NCBI RefSeq assembly: GCF_018977255.1
Contig: NW_024704743.1
Span: 34,350,001-34,414,000 of the forward strand
Source of the DNA: Callorhinchus milii
Taxonomy: Eukaryota
Length of the DNA stretch: 64,000 nt
Direction of reading: 5' to 3'
Part shown: one piece after another, positions 63,966 through 64,000 of the stretch
Layout: every line of letters begins with the position of its first letter
Numbering within the stretch: position 1 is the first letter of the stretch
Position numbers and translations under genes: made by a program
Notes under the pieces: generated by a model
Seen by the model: the letters and a program-made list of their open reading frames with translations, nothing else
Told to the model about the DNA's origin: nothing
Databases searched by the model: none

Positions 63966-64000
63966 GACTTTCACGTAGACAGTGTCCTACGTGAAAGGCG

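Noticed and set aside
1..64000. CRISPR arrays, operons or other prokaryote-type systems
   Set aside because: Sequence is eukaryotic with spliceosomal introns; the recurring ~40-nt hairpins are dispersed LINE/SINE tails, not regularly spaced repeats.

Overview
This is repeat-rich vertebrate genomic DNA, most likely a cartilaginous fish. A holocephalan (chimaera) is plausible, inferred from SacSINE1-like Deu-SINEs, a tRNA-Ala-headed SINE, L2/CR1 LINEs and LF-SINE-like remnants. One protein-coding gene can be reconstructed with confidence: a C18orf21/RMP24 orthologue (RPP21-like, RNase MRP subunit) on the minus strand. It has a probable non-coding first exon in a CpG island (~41.5 kb) and five coding exons (37343-37431, 35762-35784, 35484-35683, 22294-22508, 20267-20423). 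These splice in frame with GT-AG boundaries to a 227-aa protein with two CxxC motifs. The rest is layered transposable elements (CR1, L2, Gypsy, RTEX-like, hAT- and Kolobok-type MITEs, SINEs), a 1.2-kb G-rich minisatellite in intron 1, and a few repeat-poor stretches. These stretches may be a neighbour's 3' UTR (0.2-6.7 kb) and a divergent promoter/first exon (~54.4-54.9 kb). I see no clear new multi-gene system. The best leads are an unclassified ~550-600 bp interspersed element (at least 7 copies), SINE/LINE 3'-tail exchange, an intronic pre-miRNA-like hairpin, a duplicated 3' UTR module and the polarised G-rich array. Repeat boundaries are read by eye and approximate, and family assignments come from recalled consensus features, not database searches.
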